64,000 nt of DNA from Syntrophorhabdaceae bacterium (GCA_963665295.1 OY762209.1:992001-1056000); one strand, 5' to 3'. Shown: positions 1-10,769, counted from the stretch's first letter. Numbers and translations: made by a program. Notes: a model not told the origin generated them from the sequence alone.

Positions 1-550
1 CCGAAACCGCCTCCACGGTCATGGCCGGGGTACGGAAAAGGGTGGTGAGGGCTCCAAGATAAAGGGAGAAGAGGAAAGCGGCCACCATGACGGGGTCGGC
101 TTCCCGGCTCATGACGCCCCGGGCCCGCTCCTCCTCCGCCATGGCCGCGATGAACTCCATATATTGGCCGGCCTGTCCCGTCATTCTAGGAGTCTCCTCC
201 GAAGGCTCGAATATGGTGCTCCGGATAAGGACCCTGTAAAGGTCCCTGTTCCGGTCATAGAACCTGAACATGCCTGTGGACAGATGCATGAAGCGGGCGA
301 GAAGGCCGGGGCCTTTCGGCATGGACGCCATGAGACCGGACAGGGCGTCTTCGATATCGCCCGCGAGGGCCTCTTCGAGCAACGCGGTCTTGCTCCTGAA
401 ATGGACTACCACCGAGGCGGCGGATACGCCCGCCCGCGCCGCGATGTCCCTCATGGTGCACTCATCCATGCCCTTTTCGTTGAACAGGTCCCGGGCAGCC
501 TCCAGTATGAGGCCCCTGGTCTCTATTTTCGATGATTCACGTCGGTTCAT
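1..550 (-). CDS. TetR/AcrR family transcriptional regulator (3' end outside the window; absent from the ORF track)
   Basis: Manual minus-strand translation from ATG at 550 gives MNRRESSKIETRGLILEAARDLFNEKGMDECTMRDIAARAGVSAASVVVHFRSKTALLEE, a typical TetR N-terminal HTH. Confidence 0.85.
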   Translation of the reverse strand, partial: MNRRESSKIETRGLILEAARDLFNEKGMDECTMRDIAARAGVSAASVVVHFRSKTALLEEALAGDIEDALSGLMASMPKGPGLLARFMHLSTGMFRFYDRNRDLYRVLIRSTIFEPSEETPRMTGQAGQYMEFIAAMAEEERARGVMSREADPVMVAAFLFSLYLGALTTLFRTPAMTVEAVS

Positions 551-563
551 TGTTTAGTGTCCA

Positions 564-580
564 TGTTTAGTAATTGAACA
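564..580. promoter_or_regulatory. Candidate TetR operator (imperfect palindrome)
   Basis: TGTTTAGTAATTGAACA lies just upstream of the TetR start; TGTTTAGT also occurs at 551-558. Confidence 0.35.
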
Positions 581-786
581 AGTTTAATATGGATGCGATA
601 TTCTGTCAAGGAACATTATCGCCAACTCCTGAATATCTTCATGGGGCAGGGATTGCCTGGTTTCCGGCATGATGGGTGAAATTACTATCGATGACCGGCA
701 TGGAACCTTATGCCGGGAACCCGCGGACAAGGCCGGGAAGCAAGGAGGGGCGCCCCCTGATTCCCGGCTGCCTGTCATGGAAACTG

Positions 787-1491
787 CTATTCTTCCTTGA
801 GGAGCATTACCTTCACCTTGCCCCTCAGTTCCTCTTCAAAAAGCTCGGCGTTCATCTTTGTGCCGATTATTCTGCCATAATGCATGGGAATGGCGATCTC
901 CGGCCTGATTTCGAGGGCCGCCTTCGCCGCCTCTCTCGCGGTCATTACATAGGTCCCTGAGACGGGGAGAAAGGCGATGCCGATGTTCCGGAAGGTTTTC
1001 ATCTCGGGGATGTGGTCCGTGTCCCCCGCGAAATAGAGCCGCACGCCTTTCACGGTAATGATATACCCCACGCCCCCCTTCTCTTTGGGGTGATACTTCT
1101 TGTCCACGTTATACGCGGGAACGGCCTCGATGTGAATATTCCCTACATCCATCACGTCTCCCGGTTTTACCGTCTTCACGTCTCCCGTCAGGCTTGGCGC
1201 GCAGCTCGGCGTGGTGATCACCACCGTTTTGGGGCCCTGCAGCTTCTTCACGTCCTCAGGAGAACAATGGTCGAAGTGCTCGTGAGATATGAGTATTATG
1301 TCGGCGGAGTCGCCTTTTTTCAATTTGAAGGGGTCGGTGAATATAACCTTCTCTCCTGTAATCTTGAAAGTATCATGACCGAGCCAGTGGATATCCTTGA
1401 GGAGCGCCCCGGCATCCTCCGCGAAGGAGTTCGCGGCAGCAGCGCTATAGACAAAAAGAACGGCAAGACATACGAGACAGAACCTTTTCAT
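787..1491 (-). CDS. Secreted metallo-beta-lactamase-fold hydrolase
   Basis: Signal peptide; WLGH, SHEHFDH (HxHxDH), GDT and PMHYG motifs. Confidence 0.85.
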   Translation of the reverse strand: MKRFCLVCLAVLFVYSAAAANSFAEDAGALLKDIHWLGHDTFKITGEKVIFTDPFKLKKGDSADIILISHEHFDHCSPEDVKKLQGPKTVVITTPSCAPSLTGDVKTVKPGDVMDVGNIHIEAVPAYNVDKKYHPKEKGGVGYIITVKGVRLYFAGDTDHIPEMKTFRNIGIAFLPVSGTYVMTAREAAKAALEIRPEIAIPMHYGRIIGTKMNAELFEEELRGKVKVMLLKEE

Positions 1492-1732
1492 TGAACCCTC
1501 CCTGGATTGCGTTTTGGGGGCGATCCGGCGCTACCCATTGCCGCCTCGCCGGCCTGACGTCACCGGATCGCGAGCCCGCCCTCTCAAATGTCCTATACCA
1601 TCGATCCCCGGAAGTTACAAGAACAAAAAAGAGAGGCCGCGGCGGGGATCCGCCCTTGCCTCTTTACGGAAATGGAATTACTTGTTGTAATAGTGGAAGA
1701 TTTCCAACAGGTCTTTTTGCTATAGTGAGACT

Positions 1733-2347
1733 ATGGAGAAACCCTTGGATGATTGTCCGGTGGATTGCGCGGATCAGGAAGACCCATCTCCTTTGACGGA
1801 CGATGTCAGGTGGGCTGCCATGGCGGCCTGCGACAAGACCTATGACGGTCGCTTTGTGGGCGCCGTAAAGACAACGGGGATATGCTGCCGCCCTTCCTGC
1901 ACCGCCAGGAAACCGCTCAGGAAGAACGTCCTCTTTTTCGACACCCTTGCCGACGCCCTGAAGGCCGGTTTTCGCCCCTGCAAAAGATGCCGCCCTGACC
2001 TGCTCGTATACGAGCCGGAGCGGGAGCTCGTTGAAAGGGCCAAGGAGGCTTACGACTTGAACTTCGACGACCCGGAAAGACTGGGCGACGTGATAAAGGG
2101 CCTGAGCGTCAGCCCCAATCACCTGATGCGCCTCTTCAAGCAATACGAAGGCGTCACCCGGAGCCAATACCTTGGCCGGCTGAGGATAACGAAGGCCCGG
2201 GAACTTCTCGACGCGGGGGCAGCGGATATCCTCCAGGTGGCCCTGGACTGCGGTTTTGAGAGCGTGTCGAATTTTTACAAAAGTTTCAAGGAGCAGACCG
2301 GCACGACGCCGGCACGATATCGACGCAAGGGAGGCGCAAGGCAGTGA
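1733..2347 (+). CDS. adaA: Ada-type methylphosphotriester-DNA alkyltransferase / AraC-family activator
   Basis: Ada Zn site GICCRPSC...GFRPCKRCRP plus a C-terminal AraC HTH (VALDCGFESVSNFYKSFK). Confidence 0.9.
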   Translation: MEKPLDDCPVDCADQEDPSPLTDDVRWAAMAACDKTYDGRFVGAVKTTGICCRPSCTARKPLRKNVLFFDTLADALKAGFRPCKRCRPDLLVYEPERELVERAKEAYDLNFDDPERLGDVIKGLSVSPNHLMRLFKQYEGVTRSQYLGRLRITKARELLDAGAADILQVALDCGFESVSNFYKSFKEQTGTTPARYRRKGGARQ

Positions 2348-2814
2348 AGGTATATTATTATTACACGGACATGGGAAAGATAGGCATTGCGGAAGAAGGG
2401 GGCAACATAAGGAACGTCTATTTCGAAACGGACGCCCTTCCCCGGACCGCGGAAATCAGTGAAACCGAGGCTATCAAAGAGGCGTCCCGGCAACTGAGGG
2501 CGTACCTTGCGGGTGGTCTGGAGGAGTTTTCTCTGCCCCTCGCCCCTTCCGGCACGGCATTCCTGCAAAGCGTATGGAGGGCCCTGCGCGCCGTGCCCTA
2601 CGGAGAGACCCGTTCCTACAAGGATATCGCCGCGGCAGTGGGAAATCCGAAGGCCCATCGCGCGGTAGGCCTTGCAAACAACAGAAACCCTATCCCCATC
2701 TTCATCCCGTGCCACAGGATTATCGGCAGCAACGGGAAACTTACCGGCTATCGCGGCGGGCTGCCCCTCAAAAAGCGGCTCCTCGAACTGGAAGAACGGC
2801 GTGGACGTATTTGA
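2344..2814 (+). CDS. ogt: Methylated-DNA-protein-cysteine methyltransferase
   Basis: Active-site PCHRI motif, VPYGETRSY and AHRAVG; start overlaps the adaA stop (GTGA). Confidence 0.93.
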   Translation: MKVYYYYTDMGKIGIAEEGGNIRNVYFETDALPRTAEISETEAIKEASRQLRAYLAGGLEEFSLPLAPSGTAFLQSVWRALRAVPYGETRSYKDIAAAVGNPKAHRAVGLANNRNPIPIFIPCHRIIGSNGKLTGYRGGLPLKKRLLELEERRGRI

Positions 2815-3403
2815 ATACGGAGACACCGAAATCGAATACCTGAAAAGACGGGACAAATCCCTCGGCGCGGCGATCGACAGGATCGGTGCGATCAAACGGA
2901 CAATATTGCCCGACCCCTTTCGCTCCCTCGTCATGAGCATGGTAAGCCAGCAGATTTCCCGCAAGGCGGCCAACGCCATATGGCTGAGGCTCGCGGGGCG
3001 GTTCCCGGGATTTGAACCCTCCTCAATAGGGAACGCGGAAATTTCAGACCTCCGGAAGTGTGGCCTCTCCCTCAACAAGGCGGAATATATCAAGGGGATC
3101 GGGGCTGCGGTGATGCGGGGCGAAATTGACTTTTCACGCCTTCGTGAAATGGCGGATGACGAAGTGATAAAGAAGCTGACGGCCTTTCCCGGCATCGGCC
3201 TCTGGACCGCGGAGATGTTCCTCATCTTTTCCTTGAACCGGCCGGACGTGGTAAGCTGGAACGATCTCGCCATACGACGGGGCATGATGAACCTTTACGG
3301 GTTGAAGAAACTGACGAAAGCGCGGTTCGACCGGTACCGCAAACGGTACTCGCCCCATGGTTCCGTGGCGTCCCTCTACCTCTGGGCGCTGTCGGTCATG
3401 TAA
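2801..3403 (+). CDS. DNA-3-methyladenine glycosylase II (AlkA-like, HhH-GPD)
   Basis: SQQISRKAA and HhH motif LTAFPGIGLWTAEMFL...DLAIR; likely start is GTG 2801 (MDVFEYG). Confidence 0.88.
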   Translation: MDVFEYGDTEIEYLKRRDKSLGAAIDRIGAIKRTILPDPFRSLVMSMVSQQISRKAANAIWLRLAGRFPGFEPSSIGNAEISDLRKCGLSLNKAEYIKGIGAAVMRGEIDFSRLREMADDEVIKKLTAFPGIGLWTAEMFLIFSLNRPDVVSWNDLAIRRGMMNLYGLKKLTKARFDRYRKRYSPHGSVASLYLWALSVM

Positions 3404-3458
3404 CCCACGGGAAGGTTGCGGGGAGGACCGGCCGGGCTTCCCTGCCCGATGACCTCTC

Positions 3459-3920
3459 TCACGTTCCCGGAAGCTGCACCATCACCACCTCGCCCCTTGC
3501 GCAGACCTCGCCCCCCGCAGCCAGGGTTATGGCCACCGTCACCTTTCTCTCTTTGATCTCCATCGCTTTCCCCCTCAACTCGAGGACCTTCCCCATGGGC
3601 GTGGGCTTCAGAAAATCGACCTTCAGCGACGCGGTGACAAACCGGGAAAGGGGGTGATCGTCCGGAGAAAAACCGTCCGCCCTCAATCTGGCCGCCGATG
3701 CGGTGGCAGCGCCGTGACAGTCTATAAGAGAGCTTATAAGCCCCCCATAGACATTCCCGGGGTACCCTCCCGTCTGGTAAGGCCTGGGTGTGTAATGACA
3801 CACGCTTTCCTCGCCGTCCCAATAGCTCTTCAACTGCCAGCCCTGTTCATTGAGCCGCCCGCACCCGTAGCAGTGCGAGAATTCTTCGAGATAGTAATCC
3901 TGAAAGGCTTTCCCTGTCAT
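3459..3920 (-). CDS. PaaI/hotdog-fold thioesterase
   Basis: HCYGCG N-terminus, YGGLISSLIDCH, VTASLKVDFLKPTP. Confidence 0.8.
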   Translation of the reverse strand: MTGKAFQDYYLEEFSHCYGCGRLNEQGWQLKSYWDGEESVCHYTPRPYQTGGYPGNVYGGLISSLIDCHGAATASAARLRADGFSPDDHPLSRFVTASLKVDFLKPTPMGKVLELRGKAMEIKERKVTVAITLAAGGEVCARGEVVMVQLPGT

Positions 3921-3946
3921 AGGCCGCTCCTTTTTTAGTATCAGGT

Positions 3947-4759
3947 TTACAGGTACTCTCTCCTCAACTGCTCTATCATTTCATCCGTCAGTTTTTCGGA
4001 TTTTCTCAGCTCCGCGAACTTCGCGAGAAGGTCGTCCACCGTAAGCCGGCCCTTCTCTTCTTTGGAAATGTCGTCGATAATCCTCCCCTGGTGCATCATC
4101 ACGGTGCGGTCGCCCAACTCCAGGGCCTGCTGCATGCTGTGGGTCACCATGAGGGTGGTGAGGTTGCCCCGCTCGATAAAGGTCTTGGTGAGCTTTACGA
4201 TCTGGGCTGCGGATTTGGGGTCGAGGGCGGCCGTGTGCTCGTCCAGGAGGAGCACCTCCGGCTCACGGATTACCGCCATAAGAAGGCTTATGGCCTGCCT
4301 CTGCCCGCCGGAAAGGGTCCCTATGACCGTGCCCAGCCTGTCTTCGAGTTGCATCTCAAGCTCTGTCACGCGGTCCCTGAAGAAGTCGAGGCGCTGCCTG
4401 CTCAAGCCCCTCGTAAGCCGGCGTCTTTGGCCCCTGTGATAGGCAATGAGGAGGTTCTCGGCAATGGTCATGCCCGGAGCCGTTCCCATGAAGGGGTTCT
4501 GAAACACCCGAGCCACAGAATGGGCCCTTTCGAAGTCTTTCCTTTTTGTCACGTCCTCCCCGGCAATGGATATCACACCGGAATCGGGCAGCACCGTTCC
4601 CGCCACCACGTTAAGAAGGGTCGATTTCCCCGATCCGTTCGTGCCTATGAGAGTGACGAATTCGCCCTTCCCGATCCGAAGGCTTACGTCCCTCAGCACA
4701 TAGACCTCGTTTACCGTGTGGGGGTTGAAGGTTTTATGTATATGGTTGAGTTCGATCAT
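3947..4759 (-). CDS. ABC transporter ATP-binding protein
   Basis: Walker A GTNGSGKST, signature LSGGQRQ, Walker B LLLDEHTAALD, H-loop. Confidence 0.95.
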   Translation of the reverse strand: MIELNHIHKTFNPHTVNEVYVLRDVSLRIGKGEFVTLIGTNGSGKSTLLNVVAGTVLPDSGVISIAGEDVTKRKDFERAHSVARVFQNPFMGTAPGMTIAENLLIAYHRGQRRRLTRGLSRQRLDFFRDRVTELEMQLEDRLGTVIGTLSGGQRQAISLLMAVIREPEVLLLDEHTAALDPKSAAQIVKLTKTFIERGNLTTLMVTHSMQQALELGDRTVMMHQGRIIDDISKEEKGRLTVDDLLAKFAELRKSEKLTDEMIEQLRREYL

Positions 4760-7582
4760 CTATCGCCCCTTCACAATGGCCGCCTTTTTGAGCATGCCCG
4801 CGGGAACCGCAACCCCGTAGAGAGCGGCAAGCTCCTTGTTCACGCCGATCCGCTCGGGAACGAAATCCTTGATGGGGATATCCTGCGGCCGCTCCCCCCG
4901 CATCACCCTCTCCGCCACCTTTGCCGTCTCGGCGCCCACCTCGAAGTAATCGGCGCCTATGGAGAGGAACGCGCCCCGCTCAATGTCGCTCGGGTCATTG
5001 GTAAAATACGGAACTTTATGGGTTTTCAAAATGTCCGCCACCGTGGAAACGGCGAGGATCACCGTATTGTCGCCCGAGGTAAAGAATATGTCGATTCCCT
5101 TGCCGAGGAGGGCCTGAAGGGCGTCCTTTACCTCGTCGGTGGAAGTCACTGTCCGCTCCATGAGCTCGAAACGGTACTTCTTTGCCATTTCCCGCGCTTT
5201 AAGGGTGCATGCCTCCGAATTGGCTTCCGAGGGGTTCCAGACGATACCCACCCGTTTCGCTTTGGGGAACACGGCGCGCATGGCCTTCATGCTCGCCTCC
5301 ACGGGCTGGAATGTGGCCACACCGGTGATATTGGGGATATGGTCCTTCGAGTTCCGCGCGACCCCCATCCGGTACGGGTCCGTCACCGCCCCGAAGATGT
5401 GGGGTATTTTCTTGTTGCCGTTTGCCGTTACCTGCATGGCGAGGGACGACACGGTGATGATGTAATCGTAATCCAGCCTCACCATATCCTGCACCACGGC
5501 CTGGGCGGTCCCGTAGTCGTTATGGGAGTTCTTCATGCTCACGGTGATGTTGCGCACCTTCAATATGCCGCTCTTGTCCAGTTCATCCGTAATCCCCCTG
5601 ATGGTCTCGGCGAGGAGGGGGCTGTCGGAGAAGGAAAAGATGACGAGCCGCTTTGGAGCCGCGGCCTTCTTTTCCGCGCTGTAAAGGAGGGTGGCCTCGG
5701 CGAGAACGGCCGGCGACAGGGTGAAACCAAGTTTCTTCGCCACATCCAGGTTCACACCGAAGGTGGCCTTGCGGTATTTTTCAAAGGGCATGGCCGCGGG
5801 TTTTTCACCCTTGATAATCCGGTCCACCAGGTGCGCCGCCTGGACGCCGCTCAACGTGTAGTCGTATCCGTACGCACCAAGGGCGCCGTCCTTAAGGCGC
5901 TCCACATCGCTCAGGAAAATGGGGATCTTTTTTGCACCCGCCGCCTTTACCACGGAGTCGAAGGCGGAAAAAACGATGTTGTCCGTGGTGAGGACAAAGG
6001 CGTCTATGTGCTTGCCCGTTAAGGAGATTGCCGCCTCGTAGACCTCCGACGAACCTGCAACCGTAGCACCCGCAAAGGTAATGTCGGGGTTCTTCGCTAT
6101 GGTCTCTCTCAATTTCTTCACATTGTAGGCGGCATTTTCCTGAGAAGGGTCCCAGATGGTGCCGACCCGTATCTTTCCGGGCAGGAATTTCGTCACAAGG
6201 CCCAGGAGCTTATCGGGCGGCACGGCCCCGTATACCCCTGTCACGTTGGCAACGTGGTCCGTGTCCGTCTTGCCCGCGCCCACGATAAAGGGGTTGGCCA
6301 CGGTGGCGAACACCACGGGACGGTCCTTAACCTTATTGACGGCCGCCTGGGTGCACCCGCTAGATATGGCAACCACCACGTCCGCCTTGTCATGGAGGAA
6401 CTTGTCGATGATGGAATTTACCGTCGTCATCTCGCCGTTGGCGTTTTGAAGGTCGATGACGGCGTTCACGCCGTCAATGTAGCCGAGTTTCTTCATCTCT
6501 TCCGCGAAGCCGTCACGGGTGGCATTGAGGAGACCGTTGTCGCTCAGTTGCACCACGCCGATGCGGACCGCCTTCGGGTCAAGAGGCGTCCGTGACGCGA
6601 GGAGTTTGTAGGCAATGCCCGAACCCGCCGCCATCACCGCAAGGACAGTGAGGCCCGCCCACACCTTGCGCGTAAAAAGGGCCCCCACAAGGGAAGCGGG
6701 GCCGCCCCTCTCCTTCAGTCCCCCTTTTGCGAAAATCCGGGGGGCGATAAGGATGATGAGCACGAAACCCGCGGTCACAAGTTTGAGGTCGATGGGGTCC
6801 AAACCCACATAAAGGGCGAGGGCCACCATGAGACGGAACATGATGGAGCCGATGATGACGGAGAGTATCATACCGTATATGGATCTTGTCCTCACCACCG
6901 ACTCTCCGATGATGACCGCCGCAAGGCCGAAGACGATGGAACCGATGCCCATCCCCACGTCCGCAAAACCCTGGTACTGGGCCACGAGGCTCCCCGATAC
7001 ACCCACGAGCCCGTTGGCGAGGGCAATGCCGATAGTCTTCATGGCGTTCACGTTTACTCCCAAGGCGCTCGCCATGGCGGGATTGTTGCCCACGGCCCTC
7101 ATGGTGATCCCGAAGTCGGTCCTGAAGAAAAGGGAAACCCCGATCCAGAAGAGGAGGATGGCGGCGCAAAAGACCATGGAGAACCATATTTCATCGGGCA
7201 GGCCCGGATTGATGCCCCTCAGGGAGGTAATGACCCCCGGCTTGGCGAGAAGCGGTATATTGGACCTTCCCATGATGTGGAGGTTGATTGAATAGAGGCC
7301 CGTCATGACCAGTATGCCCGCAAGGAGACCGTTGATATTGAAGCGGGTATGGATAAAGGCCGTCACGACCCCGGCCAGCGCCCCCGCGAAAAAGGAGAGG
7401 ATAAGGGCGATAAAGGGGTTCACCCCCGCGAGAATCAGGACGGCCGTTACCGCCGCCCCGGTGACGAAACTCCCGTCAACCGTAATGTCGGGGAAATCAT
7501 GGACGCGGAAGGTGATAAAGACGCCCATGGCCATGAAGGCGTACAAGAAACCCAGGTTTATCGCGCCGATCCAGAGCTCCAT
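4760..7582 (-). CDS. ABC permease fused to two tandem substrate-binding domains (aromatic amino acid-type family)
   Basis: Hydrophobic N-terminal ~300 aa (FPDITVDGSF, QYQGFADVGMGIG), then two similar soluble SBP domains (FATVANPF / FGAVTDPY; WDPSQEN / WNPSEAN). Confidence 0.85.
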   Translation of the reverse strand: MELWIGAINLGFLYAFMAMGVFITFRVHDFPDITVDGSFVTGAAVTAVLILAGVNPFIALILSFFAGALAGVVTAFIHTRFNINGLLAGILVMTGLYSINLHIMGRSNIPLLAKPGVITSLRGINPGLPDEIWFSMVFCAAILLFWIGVSLFFRTDFGITMRAVGNNPAMASALGVNVNAMKTIGIALANGLVGVSGSLVAQYQGFADVGMGIGSIVFGLAAVIIGESVVRTRSIYGMILSVIIGSIMFRLMVALALYVGLDPIDLKLVTAGFVLIILIAPRIFAKGGLKERGGPASLVGALFTRKVWAGLTVLAVMAAGSGIAYKLLASRTPLDPKAVRIGVVQLSDNGLLNATRDGFAEEMKKLGYIDGVNAVIDLQNANGEMTTVNSIIDKFLHDKADVVVAISSGCTQAAVNKVKDRPVVFATVANPFIVGAGKTDTDHVANVTGVYGAVPPDKLLGLVTKFLPGKIRVGTIWDPSQENAAYNVKKLRETIAKNPDITFAGATVAGSSEVYEAAISLTGKHIDAFVLTTDNIVFSAFDSVVKAAGAKKIPIFLSDVERLKDGALGAYGYDYTLSGVQAAHLVDRIIKGEKPAAMPFEKYRKATFGVNLDVAKKLGFTLSPAVLAEATLLYSAEKKAAAPKRLVIFSFSDSPLLAETIRGITDELDKSGILKVRNITVSMKNSHNDYGTAQAVVQDMVRLDYDYIITVSSLAMQVTANGNKKIPHIFGAVTDPYRMGVARNSKDHIPNITGVATFQPVEASMKAMRAVFPKAKRVGIVWNPSEANSEACTLKAREMAKKYRFELMERTVTSTDEVKDALQALLGKGIDIFFTSGDNTVILAVSTVADILKTHKVPYFTNDPSDIERGAFLSIGADYFEVGAETAKVAERVMRGERPQDIPIKDFVPERIGVNKELAALYGVAVPAGMLKKAAIVKGR

Positions 7583-7585
7583 CCC

Positions 7586-8806
7586 TTAGTCCTCCAACTC
7601 TATGAGGGCCGCCATGCCCGCTGAAAACCTCGATCTGCCGAGGAGGTGCTGCACCTTGTACACGGAGAGTTCGTCGAAGACGCGGGCCAGTTCGTCGTCA
7701 AACTCATCGATACAGGTCCCTATGGGGGCCTTGTCGAAGATGCCGCAGTGGAGGTGGAAGGCGCTTCCCTCCGAGATATGGGCCTGTTTTTCAGGGCCCG
7801 CCCCTGCCCGGTCCCTTACCGCGATGCCCGTTGCCACGATTACGTGGTTGGTATAGGCGGGCTCCACAGGGAAATCGATCCAACGGGTAAAATTCTCGCT
7901 GTCGAAGATGCCTTTGCCGTTTGCGGGCTTACGCTCCTCGATGGGCGTCCGTTTTATGTGCATGCCCCAAAGGCCCTTGCTCTCCGCCACCATGGAAATT
8001 CCGAGGGCCTTGGCAGAGGAGATTTCGAAAAAACTGTTGATAAGGGACGGGAGGTCCGCCGCGCCTTCATTCCCTGCCTGAAACGAAAGGACGTATCGAT
8101 ACTCACCGTTAAACCCGAAACCGTGGAGCACCTTATAAGTGATTCCGGGGTCTTTGTGGGCGTTAAGGACAAAGTCGACGGAAGGTTGTTTCACGGCAGG
8201 ATAGAAGAAGAAATTGTTCTTCACCACCATGGCCTCGCCAAAAAGGTCCTTGTACTCCCCGTAGGAAGACCCGAGGGCAGCGAGGCCGCAGCCGAAGACC
8301 ATGTCCGACGGCCTGACGGCAGTCACATCCTCTTCCCTGAAAGAGGCGTTCTCGGCCCTGGACTGGTCTCCCACGGGCAGGAACGACCCTTTTTCCGCCT
8401 TCCTTTCCATGTATTCCAGGGAAATGCCGAAGGTCTCCCTCTTCACGATGCCGACCCCGGAAGAACGGGCCCCGAGCAGCTCCTCGATCTCCCCTGCCTC
8501 TTTGATGGTGCGGAAAACCTGGGTGAAACCGCTCATCCTGAAGATTTCGAACACCGGATCGGTAATGCCCGCAAGGACCACCTCTCCCCCAACTTTCCTC
8601 AGCTCTTTCTGGGCAACGATGAATACCCGGAGTCCCGCGCTGCTCACATAATTGACTCCTGCCATGTCGACAACGAGGGTGCGCTCCCCCGCGAGGATAA
8701 GGTCCTCGAAGACCTTCTGGATATTCGAATAGCTGAGGGCGTCGATGCGCCCGGCCATGGTAATGCACTTAACGGAAGACAGGTCTCTCAATGTATACTC
8801 GAACAC
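7586..8806 (-). CDS. STAS (anti-sigma-factor antagonist) domain fused to a ~290 aa unknown domain
   Basis: GRIDA...VVDMAGVNYVSSAGLRVF...VFEIFRMSGF is a STAS domain; the C-terminal part is not recognised. Confidence 0.75.
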   Translation of the reverse strand: MFEYTLRDLSSVKCITMAGRIDALSYSNIQKVFEDLILAGERTLVVDMAGVNYVSSAGLRVFIVAQKELRKVGGEVVLAGITDPVFEIFRMSGFTQVFRTIKEAGEIEELLGARSSGVGIVKRETFGISLEYMERKAEKGSFLPVGDQSRAENASFREEDVTAVRPSDMVFGCGLAALGSSYGEYKDLFGEAMVVKNNFFFYPAVKQPSVDFVLNAHKDPGITYKVLHGFGFNGEYRYVLSFQAGNEGAADLPSLINSFFEISSAKALGISMVAESKGLWGMHIKRTPIEERKPANGKGIFDSENFTRWIDFPVEPAYTNHVIVATGIAVRDRAGAGPEKQAHISEGSAFHLHCGIFDKAPIGTCIDEFDDELARVFDELSVYKVQHLLGRSRFSAGMAALIELED

Positions 8807-8919
8807 GGCGCTCGTCCTTAGTGTTTAATGGTGATTCTCAATTATCAACAGTTTACCACAGTCTGAAACCGGGATCGAACAAATATCTCCGCCCGGGGCA
8901 GCCTTAGGGTCCGGCCGCC

Positions 8920-10769
8920 CTAATGTGGGTTCTCGTCCCTCACCGTCACCAGGACCGGGTCTCCCCACGTGTCCGCCACCGTGCCTTTAAGACACAAAAG
9001 GTTTACTATTTTTATGCCCGCGGCAGCAATTATAATTACGATAAGGACCATCACGAAAGCGCAGAGGAACGCGAGGAGATAGAGTTTGTTCGGCAGATAA
9101 TTCACCGTTATGTTGATAAAGCCCGCCCAGAGCGTGATTATTGCCACCCCTATTCCGGGCAGAAGGGTTATCCATATATATTTCTTCTCCCGAGACGGAT
9201 AAGCATTGCGGTTACAATAATCAGGGCGCACGCGGCAAGGAGCTGGTTGCTCACCCCGAACAGGGGCCAGATGGTGGCGATGGTGGCCGTGTAATGCAGG
9301 TATCCCCACGCAAAGGTAAAGACCGATCCCGTGATGAGCATCCCGGGGAGCCAGCGATGGTCGTTGAATTTCGGAAAAACTTTGCCGATCATCTCCTGGA
9401 GGAGAAATCTTCCCGCCCTGGTTCCCGCGTCGATAAGGGTAAGTATGAACACGGCCTCGAACATTATGGCGAAATGATACCAGTATGACATCAGCTTTTC
9501 CATGGACGGAATTTTTGAAAACACATAGGCCATGCCCACCGCAAGAGAAACCGCCCCACCGGGCCTTCCCTGAAGGTTCTCCTGGACCATGGCGGAAAGC
9601 CGGGGAAGGTCGAGGGGCTTCATGCCCAATGCCGCGAACGCTTCGGGCGATGAATTGATAGCGAAGTAATCGGCGGGAACAAGAACGGACGCGGCCACGA
9701 GGGCCATCATGGCCACAAGCCCCTCGAACAGCATGGCTCCGTATCCCACGAAGAGAATATCCTTTTCGCCGGCGATCATCTTTGGCGTGGTACCGGAAGA
9801 GATGGTCGCATGGAACCCGGAGATTGCGCCGCATGCGATAGTAATAAAGATGAACGGGAAGACACCGCCCGGGACAACGGGTCCGCCTCCATGGGCAAAC
9901 TGCGTGACAGGGGGCATTTGAAGGGCGGGCTGCACAAAGATGATGCCCGTGCCGAGGGCAACGATTGTCAGGATCTTCAGGAATGTGGACAGGTAATCTC
10001 TCGGGGCAAGGAGCAGCCACACGGGGAGCACCGAGGCGATAAACGCATAGGCAGGGAGCAACAAAGATATTTGTCTCTTGCTCAGACTGAAAAACGACCT
10101 GAGCATGGGGATTTCCGTAATGGAATTACCAAAAAACACGGCGAGAAACAGAAGGACCACACCGAAAATACTCGCTATGGCAATGGACCTGTTTCCCGGT
10201 CTCCTCATGATAACACCCGTGATCAGGGCGGCAGGCAGGGTAGTCTCCACCACGAGCATCCCCCATGGACTTTCCGCAATGGCGTTTGTCATGGACATGG
10301 ATCCCCCGGCAATGGTCAGAACGAGGATAAGGAGAAAGGCGATGGAAGAAACCGTACCCGCTGTTTCTCCGATCTCGCTTCTCGCGATGTTTGCAAGGCT
10401 CTCGCCCCTGTGCCGGACCGACGCGAAGAGGACGACGATGTCGTGAACCGCACCCCCCAGCACTGCCCCGATCAGAATCCAGAGCGCGCCCGGCAGAAAA
10501 CCGAACTGGGCGGCAAGGACCGGCCCCGTAAGCGGGCCCGCCCCTGCTATGGCCGCAAAATGATGGCCGAAAAGGACAAAACGGTTGGTCTTGTGGTAAT
10601 CCAGGCCATCGGCCATGGTCTCGGCGGGCGTCGGCCGTGCCGGGTCCACCCTGAGGACCTCTGTCGCGATAAAAAGGCCGTAAAAACGGTACGCTATGGC
10701 GAAGACACACAAAGCGGCAAACACGAGCACCGCTGAATTCATTCCCGTCGACAACACTTTGCTCTCCAT
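8920..10769 (-). pseudogene. cstA: Carbon starvation protein A (peptide/pyruvate transporter), frameshifted near 9185
   Basis: FGHHFAAIAGAGP, ITIACGAISGFH and IWPLFGVSNQLLA are in ORF 9168..10769; the last TM helices (KKYIWITLLPG...) continue in another frame to 8920. Confidence 0.85.
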
